The notes under the pieces were generated by a model. The model ran no database searches. It was not told the DNA's origin and was given only the letters and a program-made list of their open reading frames with translations. A stretch of 64,000 nt of DNA from Octopus sinensis. Its lineage: Eukaryota. The translations under genes were made by a program, and so were the position numbers. Of the stretch, positions 26,749 to 37,554 are shown one piece after another. Numbering within the stretch: the stretch's first letter is position 1; each line of letters opens with the position of its first letter. The stretch lies in assembly GCF_006345805.1 (NCBI RefSeq), contig NC_043018.1:3782001-3846000 (forward strand). The letters are read 5' to 3'.

Positions 26749-27108
26749 TATTATATAGCATTCGTGGATCATAATGGGAAACTAATACTTCTGTTTCCTG
26801 TTTATGAGATGTTATGGATGGAAGTTGTTCTGAGACAGCAGGGTGGTGGATGGAGGGGACAGTGGGGGAGTGACAAGAAGAAAAACTGGAAATAAAAGAC
26901 ATCGCTTGCATGACGGTGATATCAACACATGGAGGACCCGCACGAACACAAACAGCCTCATATGTATATATATATGTGTGTGTGTGTAAATATAATATGT
27001 GACAATTTTGAATAATGTGTACCAATGTATCTATTCTGTAGCTGTAAACTACGGCGATGTATTTGATGACGACGTAGTGGCTCAATATAATATGAGACAA
27101 TTATTCGG

Positions 27109-27182
27109 TAGCCATGATAAAACTCTGAGTTTCGGATATCTGGGCGGAAACCCACGCCGCCATCTCTTCAGTTATCGGGCCA
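27109..27182 (-). ncRNA. Type I hammerhead motif in left arm of palindrome
   Basis: Reverse-complement copy of 27227-27300 with intact CUGAAGA and GAAACUC(A)GAGUU. Confidence 0.55.
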
Positions 27183-27226
27183 TCGAAAAAAAGAATGCTA
27201 TGAAAATGACGATAGCATCTTTCCGA

Positions 27227-27300
27227 TGGCCCGATAACTGAAGAGATGGCGGCGTGGGTTTCCGCCCCGACATCCGAAACTCGGAGTTTTATCATGGCTA
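27227..27300 (+). ncRNA. Type I hammerhead motif in right arm of palindrome, predicted GUU cleavage after 27288
   Basis: UGGCC-C-GAUAA-CUGAAGA-helix II-GAA-ACUC(G)GAGU-U-UUAUC-AU-GGCUA; bulged two-part helix I; one extra C at base of helix II. Confidence 0.55.
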
Positions 27301-27670
27301 CCGAATAATTGTCACATATTATATTGAGCCACTACGTCTTCATCAAATACATCACCGTGGTTTACAGCTACAGAATAGATACATTGGTACACATTATTCA
27401 AAAATTCAGTCTTCGGTGTACACACATCGCATTTCATTGGAAAATAAATTCATTGGAAAATAAATTCAAAAACGAAAGAATTATGATACTTCAATTTGGT
27501 AAGTTTAAAAATCTGGGAAAAGAATCAATCAAAGATAATTATTGATGATGTAGAAAGATTTTATCGCGAAAAGAAATTTAAGAAAAAGTGCAACATTGTC
27601 ACTTCATCAAGTCACCTACAAATGTTGATATGAAAATGCATAGAAATAAAGAATACGGGAAAAAACGCAC

Positions 27671-27712
<42 letters not shown>

Positions 27713-28117
27713 CTTTATAGGAGGAGGAGGAGGAGGAAGAGGAGAAGAACTGTGGAAATGACTGTGTGAGGTTGAAAAGGTGAACAAAAAGCTGGAAGGC
27801 AGGATTAGGCAGTTAGATGTTTAGTGTGTCACCAGAGGTCGCTACTAAGACCTTTGGTAGTACAGACGGATTGAGGAGGAGTGGTGGTGGTGGTGGGGAG
27901 GGAAGTAGCGCGCCAAAATATGTTGTTTGTACGGACATGGCGATGACAACGATGATGATGACGGTGGTGATGATGATGATGAAGATGGTGAGGGAAAGAT
28001 TTATAGTGATGGTTAGGGTTGCGATGGTATAGTGATTGTGCGGTGCCAACGGTGGTGACGAGGTAAAGGCGATATTGGTCATGATGGTGGCGGTGGTGGC
28101 GGTTTGAACCCCCTACT

Positions 28118-28174
<57 letters not shown>

Positions 28175-28479
28175 ATATGTATATTATATATGTGTATGTA
28201 TGTATGTGTGTGTTTATGTATGGTAGGCTATAATTAAAGAAGCATTCTACATAGATATGTCAAAGGTAAATATAACACGCATGTGTATGTGTATATGCCT
28301 ATTCCTTCGTGTCAGTATGTGTGTGTGTGTGTGAGAGAGAAACACAACATTGACATCATGACTCGCGCTGTGTTGCGATAGAGTTGGGTACGGGTGTTTG
28401 GGGTACTGTAAAGATTACAGCTGGTCAACGCGCACAAACGGACACACACAAACACACACATACGGTTACGCATACATAC

Positions 28480-28540
28480 ATGTATATATAGACACTTATA
28501 TACATACATTCATACATGCATACCTATATGTATATATGTA

Positions 28541-28592
<52 letters not shown>

Positions 28593-28745
28593 GTATGTAT
28601 TAGTATATTTATATATATATTATATATATATATACATATATATATACATATATATATATACATATATATATATGTATGTATGTATATATATATGTATATT
28701 TATATATATATATTTGTAATTGTGTGCATATATTTATTTATATGC

Positions 28746-28806
<61 letters not shown>

Positions 28807-28830
28807 AAATATGTGTGTGTGTGTGTATTT
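28480..28830. repeat. (TA)n-rich array
   Basis: Direct reading. Confidence 0.9.
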
Positions 28831-29479
28831 GTGTTGTGTGTGCATACGTGATACACACACACACACCTGAGGACACAACAAAATAGTTTCATTTGTATGC
28901 AAAGAGATTATGGAGTCAGGTTTAGTGTGTTACGGGTGGAGAACCGTCTAACACACGGTTTGGTGTTGACCTGTGTGTGTGTGTGTGTGTGTGAGAGTCT
29001 ATGTGAATGTGTGTGTGTGTGTATGTGTGTGAGAGTCTATGTTAGTGTGTGTATGTGTGTGTTTGCGTGAATGTGTGTATACGTGTGTGCATGCGTGTCA
29101 CTATGTATGTGCGCCTGAGAGTGTGTGAAATTGCGCATATGCATGTATGTTTGTAGCTTTGGGCGCGTGCATATGTGTGTGTGCGTGTGTGTGTGCATAT
29201 GTGACTATGTATGCATGTTCGTGAGTGTATGTGTGCGTGTCCCAGGATGTGCGTAACATCTACGCATAATATATACGCATGTGTTATAGGCGTGAGTTTA
29301 TTTGAAATGTTTGTATTTTATTTTCATGGGTGTGTTTGTGTGTATGAGAATGTGTGTGTGTTTATGTGTTTCTGTGTGTATGGGTGTGTAAATAGGGACG
29401 TAAACAAACTTATACAGACGATTTGATGTTTTGCGGGTTTCTTTAATTTATTCATTAATTTGGGTGTAGATATCTTGTT

Positions 29480-29690
29480 TCAACTCGGAGAATAAATATA
29501 TATTGATAGATCGGTAGCCACTACACACATTTTTCTCTCTCCATGTTTCTTTCTGTGTCTCTTTCTGTAGAAGAGCGTAGGCTCGAAACGTAAAAGACTT
29601 TTTTCTATTCCTAAGCGTTATACTAATACATCTGTTTGTTTTGTACACCACCTGTCTTCGTCTTTTGTTTTTTTTTTTTGTGAACTCTCC
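29480..29690 (+). mobile_element. Penelope-like pseudo-LTR fragment, family P1
   Basis: Same sequence as 336-530 on the opposite strand, followed by (TA)n. Confidence 0.55.
29560..29597 (+). ncRNA. Hammerhead-like motif with variant core CUGUAGA
   Basis: UCUUU-CUGUAGA-A-GAGC(GUAG)GCUC-GAA-ACGU-A-AAAGA. Confidence 0.4.
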
Positions 29691-29691
29691 G

Positions 29692-29742
<51 letters not shown>

Positions 29743-29749
29743 CACTTGA

Positions 29750-29960
29750 TCACCTTCACTGACTAGTCCGTCGGGCGTCCATTTGACACCGCTGGTCACA
29801 GCACGCTGTCCACTCCTCTCTGGATCACGTCTTTCACATCCACGTGATCCCAATCGCAACTCCACCGTCGTGGAGGCCTTCCGAGTGGTCGTTCAGACAA
29901 CATCGATTTGGTGGAGCGAGAGTGAGCGAATGTGCGGCACGAACATTTGATCATTAGAAA
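29750..29960 (-). mobile_element. RTE-clade LINE 3' end
   Basis: RPLGRPPRRWS..W motif of the RTE ORF C-terminus. Confidence 0.6.
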
Positions 29961-30217
29961 CAAACTATTTGTGCAAAACGGCTGAACGCTCATACGTCGT
30001 CTTCGACGGGAAAGGCCATCATTCACGTATACACACATGCTAATTCACATCAATCACATTAATCTTAAACTCAATATATCACATCTTCACCAGTTTTATT
30101 GAGAAGACCAAAGCAAAAATTGACTTCCTATATTTTTTATTTATCACAGAATTTTTATTTCATATTTCCACATCTTTTTAACATATTTTACATTAATTTT
30201 AAATATACCAGGTAGGG

Positions 30218-31075
30218 TTGTATAGATCTGCAAATCTTCACACATTAAATTGGGTTGTATAGGGCTTCCAATGTTTACATTTTCAATATAAATCTCATGA
30301 AGTCCACCTAAGATTATGCATTCAAATAGGGTAGTTGTTTAGCCCCATGTCTGGCCTGATTAAATAGATTTATAGTTAATGACAATCTAACCATGACCAT
30401 CTGCATATTTCTTTTTTTTTTTTTGTATCTAAAACTACTTTTCACATTGGATTTTGTTGCAGACTCTGTTGTTATTTCTAGCAACTTGCTTTTGACCTGA
30501 AGAGGCCCCTCTATGGACTCATTAAAATAGGTTGTATAAAGCTGCAAATGTTAACATTTTAAAATGGGTTCTGTGGTTTTGTGGTTTAGATTTTAAAATG
30601 GATTTAATAGTTCTTCCAGTTTTTACATGTTAAAAATGGGTTGTATAGGTCTGCAAATATTTGCATGTTGAAAGGGGTTGTATGGATCTGCAAATGTTCA
30701 CATTATAAAAATCAGTTGTATAGGTCTGCAAATGTTCCCATGTTAAAATGGGTTGTATATGTCTGCAAATATTTAAATGTTGCAAGGGGTTGTATAGGTC
30801 TGCAAATATTTAAACGTTGAAAGGGGTTGTATAGGTATGAAAATATTTAAATGTTGAAAGGGTTGTATAGGTCTGCAAATATTTAAACGTTGAAAGGGGT
30901 TGTATAGGTATGAAAATATTTAAATGTTGAAAGGGTTGTATAGGTCTGCAAATATTTAAATGGTGAAAGGGGTTGTATAGGTCTGCAAATGTTCAATGTC
31001 TCAATGTTAAAATGGGTTGGATCATTTGGATCATTCTTCCAGCATTTACATGTTTAAAATAGGTTGTACGGGTCT
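30218..31075. repeat. 36-37 bp minisatellite (gttgtataggtctgcaaatatttaaacgttgaaaggg) with diverged flanks
   Basis: Units at 30789, 30826, 30862, 30899 and 30935. Confidence 0.9.
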
Positions 31076-31494
31076 GAACATTCAGATATTAGCTGTGGAT
31101 TTGATACAGGGCCCAGTTCATCACAAACACGAAAAAAAAAAGTTTGATATATTCAGGTTTTTGGCAAAAACTGGACAAACATCAAAAGCTCATGCACACT
31201 CATGAACCCTCAATTTAAAGAATTAAAAGAGAGAAGGTTTGTCAGTTAATGTTGATGACCCAGAAAACCAAAGGCAATTTAGGGGTCACATTTCATGATT
31301 TTTTAATGCAAGGAAAAAAGCATTAATACTCTTTACATTAGAACAGATTATAAAAGTATAAGAAAAATATGTAATTGCTAATTAATTTTATGATAGTGTA
31401 ATTAAGAACTATTGTGTCATCAGATAAATTCGTTATTTTTGTCATTTATTTTCATTCTTTCCAATAAAACTTTAATTATTTTGTATTTTTTATT

Positions 31495-31710
31495 TTTTAC
31501 TTGTTTCAGTTGTTGGACTGAGGCCAGGCTGGAGCACTGCCGTGAAAGGGTTTAGTCAAGCAAGTCGACTCCTATATTTATTTTTTTCTTTTAGAGCCTG
31601 GTACTTATCCAATTGGTCACTTTTGCTGAACCATTAAGTTACAGAGACATAAACAAACCAACAATGGCTGGCAAGTGGTGGTACAGGACAAACATAAGCA
31701 CAAGCACATA
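31495..31710 (-). mobile_element. SINE family B 3' half
   Basis: ttacttgtttcag..gctggagcac..cttttgctgaacc. Confidence 0.7.
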
Positions 31711-31929
31711 CACATAAATGTAAGTACATAAAAGCAAAACAAAGTGGAAAAGAATAGTACTCAAATACCAAAGGTAGAGTAATATGCTTTTGTTATGGCT
31801 GCAGAAATCTTCACAAATTTAGAGCTTCATGTTATCATTTGTTGGACAGTTTTTGGTCACAACTGTCCATGAAATGGAAATAGGAAACATGGAGTAACAG
31901 TTTGTGAACACTATTGCAGCTTTAATAAA

Positions 31930-32300
31930 AGGAGTGGCTGTGTGGTAAGTAGCTTGCTAACCAACCACATGGTTCCGGGTTCAGTCCCACTGCGTGGCAT
32001 CTTGGGCAAGTGTCTTCTGCTATAGCCCTGGGCCGACCAATGCCTTGTGAGTGGATTTGGTAGACGGAAACTGAAAGAAGCCTGTCGAATATATGTATAT
32101 ATATATGTGTGTATGTGTGTGTGTGTGTTTGTCCCCCTAGCATTGCTTGACAACCGATGCTGGTGTGTTTACATCCCCGTCACTTAGCGGTCTGGGCTTA
32201 CAAAGTATAAGTCCTGGGATCGATTTGCTTAACTAAAGGCGATGCTCCAGCATGGCCGCAGTCAAATGACTGAAACAAGTAAAAAAGTAAAAAAAAAAAA
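31930..32300 (+). mobile_element. SINE family B, full length
   Basis: Highly similar to 11872-12313. Confidence 0.85.
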
Positions 32301-32534
32301 AAGTATATATCAAACATTAAGGCACAGCAAACAACTGAAGTCGTAGACAGTATTGAGATGTTTGCTGTCCTGTTTAACAATTATATATCCGCTGCATTGG
32401 AAATATGCAGAGACTCCATAGCTACCATCTTGGCTGTAACCTTGGGGCTCAAGGTAATCCATCACAGCACTTGCTTAACGTACCTAATTATTTAGATCAC
32501 CTGTGAACTAAACCCCTATAGTTTATATATATAT

Positions 32535-32700
32535 ATACAGACACAATAGGCTTCTTTCAGTTTCTGTCTAACAAATCCATTCACAAGGCTTTGGTTAGCC
32601 TCAAGCTACAGCAGAAGACACTTACCCAAGGTACCATGAGGTGGAACTGAACCCAAAACCATGTGGTTGAGAAGTAAGCTCCTTACCACACAGCCATGCC
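32535..32700 (-). mobile_element. SINE family B 5' half
   Basis: ggcttctttcagttt..ccttaccacacagccat. Confidence 0.75.
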
Positions 32701-33344
32701 TCTGTGCCTACAACACAAAAACTTAATACAAAAAAATATATTCATTGTAGTGACTCATGGGTGGGGTTGTAGCTCTATTCTTCCTCTGCACCTTTCATTT
32801 ATCCTTTTAAAATTTGTAGGAATTTTACCTTTTTTTTTTCAGGCATACGATGATGAAATGCCACATGTGAAGAAAACAAAAAGTTAGATTCAATGAACTC
32901 ATCTGACAATTCAATTCTTTGCCCCTAACCACAACAGGGTTTCGGTATTGTGTCACTATTATTTGGTCTGGAATTTGTTCAGCAGGGTTTCATCAGGGAG
33001 AGGATTTACTGTATGCATTTCCACCTCCATCAAATAGAGTGACTCGTCCAAGGGGAGAAGAACAGAGGTGGTTTGCAGGGAGTCGATTCATAGGTCATGG
33101 TGGTTGCACTGCTTTTGTACAAAGGGATATTGCACCAAATATATTTGCAGCAGTTATCATCATCATCATCCACATCATTACTATCGTTGACTTCATTAAC
33201 AATAACAACAGCAACAACAACAATAATATGACCATCACCATAACAACGGTTGTAATTGTTTTGGAACATTTAAATGTCTGTCTTGCATGAGAAATATGTC
33301 AGTGGTGCCACTCCCACTTTCAGTGAGGTGGGCAGGGTCATTGT

Positions 33345-34110
33345 ACCAGATGACTTTCAGTGAGGTCAATGTAACCTCAATTTCAGATGACCTTCAGTGA
33401 GGTCAATGTAACCTCAATCTCAGATGACCTTCAGTGAGGTCAATGTAACCTCAATCTCAGATGACCTTCAGTGAGGTCAAATAGATTCAATCACGAATGA
33501 CCTACAGTTAGGTCAATATAAACTTAATCACGATTCGTATTCAGTGAGAGCAATATAGCCCCAATCAAAGATGACCTTCAGTGGTCAATGTAACATTCAG
33601 TGATCCCAGTCCCTGATGACCTCACAAGAACAATATAACATTAATCCTTGATTTACTTCAATGAGGTCAATGTAACCACAATTATTGATGACCATCAATA
33701 TGGTCAGCATGGCCCTTGTGTAAGGTGGCCTTAGTGAGATCAATATAAACTCAATGATTTGTTACCTTCACTGAGGTCAATTTAACATCAACCACTGATG
33801 ATATTCAGGGAGCCCTATGTAACCCCAATCACTGATGAACCTTAAAAAAACTCAATATGCTCCCTATCAATCAAAACCCTCTCTGATGTTATTGTAACCT
33901 TTTTGACCATAATGCTTCAGTGCAAACGAAGTTTCCTGTCACTGACCACCTCCAGGTGAGGTCAACATAATTTCTGTCACAGATTACCTTTTTTGTGAGG
34001 TCAACATGTTTCCTTATATTGGTGGCCTTTGAAGAGGTCACCAGCCCCATTACTGATGAACTTAAATGTAGTCCCTGTCACTACTGACCAACTGACCATC
34101 AACTTGGTCA
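33345..34110. repeat. 37 bp minisatellite (cagatgaccttcagtgaggtcaatgtaacctcaatct), decaying rightwards
   Basis: Periodic motif starts at 33351, 33388, 33425 and 33462. Confidence 0.9.
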
Positions 34111-34714
34111 AAACAGTCTACACCCGTCACTCACCCTGTTGACTTTGTAGTCTAGCAGTCATAACAACTTTTAGTTTTCCTTTGCTTTGCCCAGAAACAC
34201 ACACACACACACACCACACACATATGCATGCTTACAAACTCCACACTCATACACAGAAAAAAAAATACAGAAGCTCATATACATACATACACACACATAT
34301 ATATATATGTGTGTATATCCATAAATATATATATATACATACCTGTACATATCCTATATACATATATATCCATGTATATAAGTATTTATTTTTACACATA
34401 TACGTATATATATTTATATACATATCATATATTATATACACATTCATACATACACATGCACATATATACATATAAACACAAGCATGCAAACACACACACA
34501 CACAATATGGTGGAACAAACTAAACAAAAAAAGGCCTTTGAAAAATTAACGACCTTGAGGTAATTAATGGCTTTGAAGAAATTAATGGCCTTGACAAAAT
34601 TAATGGCCAGGAATGTGCACAAGTTATTCATCCAAAAACCCAGTCTTCAGCAATGTGTGTGACAGAGACGATGATGATAATAATAGCATGATTTATAACA
34701 TAGACGTAAGGGCA

Positions 34715-35145
34715 TGGAATGCAGTCAATTTAAATTGACCCCAATACGTGACTGGTATTTATTTTATCAACCTGGAACAATAGAAGGCAAAGTTAACCTC
34801 AGCAGGATTTGAACTCAGAATGTGAAGGGCCATAACTAAACAGTATAGGGCATTATTAAGTTCAATGCTTTATCATTTCATCCATCATCACAATAATACT
34901 TCATAATAATAATAATGATGATGATGATGATGATGATGATAATAATGGTTTCAAATTTTGGCACAAGGCCAGAAATTTCAGGGCAGGGGATTAGTCAGTT
35001 GCATGAATCCCTAGTGTTCAACTGGTACCAAAAGGATGACAGGCAAGGTCGACCTCGGTGGAATTTGAACTCAGAACAAGAGGATGGATGAAATGCCACA
35101 AACCATTGTGCCCAGTGTGGTAACAACTCTGCCAGCTCACCACCC
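34715..35145 (-). mobile_element. Two SINE family A copies (34715-34850, 34946-35145)
   Basis: aaggcaaagt..acctc..atttgaactcagaa on the plus strand. Confidence 0.75.
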
Positions 35146-35174
35146 TCCAATAATAATAATAATAATAAATACCA

Positions 35175-35710
35175 GGCAGTGGCTCTCATGGCTTCTGATC
35201 TTAACTGATTGGGAGTGTTATCATGTACATTGTTTTGTCTCCATATAAAAGATGGGCTACAGCAAATATTCTGCTCAATACCACAGATTTGTTTGTCAGT
35301 TGTTTGACCGTAACCAGTTGAGCATGTCCCTTAATAGCTGACGATATGTGCATCTCTGATCATGAACAGGAATAATGGAGGCGTATCATAGCCATGTGTT
35401 GAGAGGGATTCTTTGGGGTTTGAATAATTCACCTCTGGAAACATGGGTGTTTTGTTCATCATCCTTAAACAACCCTTATTCAGGGACCTTTTGAGCAGGA
35501 TGGGTTACTCGACCTGAAGAAAATTATAACTGGGTCCCCACCTGCAAGGTCATGTGATATTTGTCTTGATATGAGATTACCATGTTGTGCACATATGGCT
35601 GTGATGCATGTGCCTGGTGTACCCTTATCAGACGGGTAGTCATGATGGGTATACTGGGCTTTGTCTATTTTCACCCCAGTGTCACTTTGATGGCATGCAT
35701 TGCTCTCTTA
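35175..35710 (-). mobile_element. Unclassified ~540 bp interspersed element flanked by (TAA)n
   Basis: Complex non-coding block with TAA arrays on both sides; only one copy in the window. Confidence 0.4.
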
Positions 35711-35740
35711 CTTATTAATAATAATGATAATAATAATAAT

Positions 35741-35950
35741 GTTTCAAATTCTGGTACAGGGTGAACAGTTATTGAAGGGGTTGGAAGTCAATTACATCAA
35801 CCCCCAAGACTCAACTGGATCTTATTTAATCAACCCTGAAAGGATGAAGGGCAAAGTTGACCTCGGAGGAATTTGAATCGAGAATGTAAAGACAGACGAA
35901 ATGCCACTAAGCATTTTCTCTGCCATGCTACGGATTTAGCCAGCTTGCCA
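35741..35950 (-). mobile_element. SINE family A
   Basis: Reverse-complement core. Confidence 0.75.
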
Positions 35951-35969
35951 CTTTATGTAATAATAATAA

Positions 35970-36145
35970 TAATCATCATCATTATCATTTAACGTCCGCT
36001 TTCCATGCTAGCATGGGTTGGACGATTTTGACTGAGGGCTGGCGAACCAGATGGCTGCACCAGGCTCCAATCTTGATCTGGCAGAGTTTCTACAGCTGGA
36101 TGCCCTTCCTAATGCCAACCACTCCGAGAGTGTAGTGGGTGCTTT
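35970..36145 (-). mobile_element. RTE-type 3'UTR / SINE-like repeat
   Basis: tttaacgtccgctttccatgc..ctggatgcccttcctaatgccaacc. Confidence 0.7.
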
Positions 36146-36156
36146 TTACATGCCAC

Positions 36157-36189
<33 letters not shown>

Positions 36190-36543
36190 TCAAGAGCTAC
36201 CAGAGAGTGCAAACCTCTGCCAAGGCAACACCAATGTCCTCTCAAAGATTAGCCAGTGATGAATTTTAAAATGAGAATATCTGAAATAAACTTGACTGCT
36301 CTCACAAACGAGAATACTGAAAATGAACCTGACTGCTCTCAAAAATTAAATAAAAAAACAAAAAATAATCCAGAATCCTTGTCTGGTACCAGATCAATCT
36401 CAAAATCGAATCAGTTCATATCATTCACGAGGCCAAACATCCCTGAAAGTTTCATCTGAATCCATCCAGCAGTTCTTGAGATATCTTGTCCATGGACAAA
36501 CAAACACAACTGAAAACAATACCTCCACCTTCACTAAGGCAGA

Positions 36544-36548
<5 letters not shown>
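36190..36548 (+). mobile_element. Non-autonomous element with subterminal inverted repeats (Helentron/HINE-like), between TAA arrays
   Basis: acctctgccaagg near 5' end and cttcactaaggcagaggt at 3' end; class is an inference. Confidence 0.45.
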
Positions 36549-36632
<84 letters not shown>

Positions 36633-36646
36633 TAATAATAATAATG

Positions 36647-36731
<85 letters not shown>

Positions 36732-36766
36732 TAATAATAATAATAATAATCATAATAATAATAATA
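36547..36766. repeat. (AAT)n
   Basis: Direct reading. Confidence 0.95.
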
Positions 36767-36895
36767 ACTGCTCTATTGAGGACAGCTAGGATTTCAAGGT
36801 TGGTGCTCGGGTGTTGAATGTCTTCCACGGTAAGTTAACACCCTAGTATCAAAGCTTACAATTTATAGAAAGAGAAGTAAAATAATAATAATAAT
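36765..36895 (+). mobile_element. Very short R4/Dong-like 3' end within (TAA)n
   Basis: TALLRTARISRLVLGC* plus UTR and AAT tail. Confidence 0.65.
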
Positions 36896-36897
36896 CT

Positions 36898-37088
36898 TTT
36901 CTACTCTAGGCACAAGGCCCGAAATTTTGGGGGAGGAGGCCAGACAATTAGATCAACTCCAGTATGCAACTGGTACTTAATTTATCAACCCCCAAAACGA
37001 TGAAAGGTAAAGTCGACCTCAGCAGAATTAGAACACAGAATGTAAAGACAAACGAAATACCACTAAGCATTTCGCCCGGCATGCCACC

Positions 37089-37090
<2 letters not shown>
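36898..37090 (-). mobile_element. SINE family A
   Basis: Reverse-complement core. Confidence 0.8.
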
Positions 37091-37125
<35 letters not shown>

Positions 37126-37131
37126 TAATAA

Positions 37132-37305
37132 TGGGTTCTATATTTAAGAGATGAGGAAATATTTACATTATTTACATTTGACAGATATTTGTCCTCATCT
37201 TGTTTGTTGTTAACACAACGTTTCAGCTGATAAACCCTCCAGCCTTCATCAGGTGTCTTGGGGAAATTTCGAACCTGGGTTCTCATTCCTGAGGTATTTT
37301 TCGAT
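37132..37305 (-). mobile_element. Inverted headless copy of the same body with intact hammerhead and (TTA)n tail
   Basis: Reverse complement of 37411-37550 plus extra 3' sequence. Confidence 0.75.
37212..37257 (-). ncRNA. Minimal type I hammerhead motif (dimer-type, palindromic ACGU helix III)
   Basis: GACAC-CUGAUGA-A-GGCUG(10 nt loop)CAGCU-GAA-ACGU-U-GUGUU; helix I GACAC/GUGUU. Confidence 0.65.
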
Positions 37306-37315
37306 ATTGTCCACG

Positions 37316-37550
37316 GGCATATGATGTAGTGGTTAAGAGCGCGGGCTACTAACCCCAAGGTTTCAAGTTTGATTCCAGGCAGTGACCTGAATAATAATAA
37401 TAATAATAATAATTTCAAAAAATACCTTAGGAATGAGAACAGAGTTTCAAAATTTCCCCAAGACACTTGAAGGAGGCTGGAGGGTATATCAGCCGAAACA
37501 TTGTGTTAACAACAAACAAGATGAGGACAAATATCTGTCAAATGTAAATA
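37316..37550 (+). mobile_element. tRNA-headed SINE-like unit: tRNA head, (AAT)n spacer, hammerhead-bearing body
   Basis: A box tgatgtagtgg 37322-37332, B box agtttgattcc 37366-37376, anticodon-arm-like GGGCT-ACT-AA-CCC, then body 37411-37550. Confidence 0.65.
37462..37507 (+). ncRNA. Decayed copy of the same minimal hammerhead
   Basis: GACAC-UUGAAGG-A-GGCUG..CAGCC-GAAACAUU-GUGUU; helices kept, core mutated. Confidence 0.35.
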
Positions 37551-37554
37551 ATAA

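Larger units (their letters stand above)
27004..27406. repeat. ~400 bp near-perfect palindrome (arms ~195 bp, 10 nt loop at 27202-27211); Penelope-like inverted terminus
   Basis: 27004-27201 is the reverse complement of 27212-27406 with scattered mismatches; a hammerhead lies in each arm. Confidence 0.9.

Noticed and set aside
26770-26960. Possible minus-strand exon (tttatttccag acceptor)
   Set aside because: Only a weak donor and no recognisable product.
33345-34110. CRISPR-like reading of the palindromic 37-bp repeats (also 30.2 and 44.4 kb)
   Set aside because: Units are contiguous with no unique spacers, there are no cas genes, and the context is eukaryotic.
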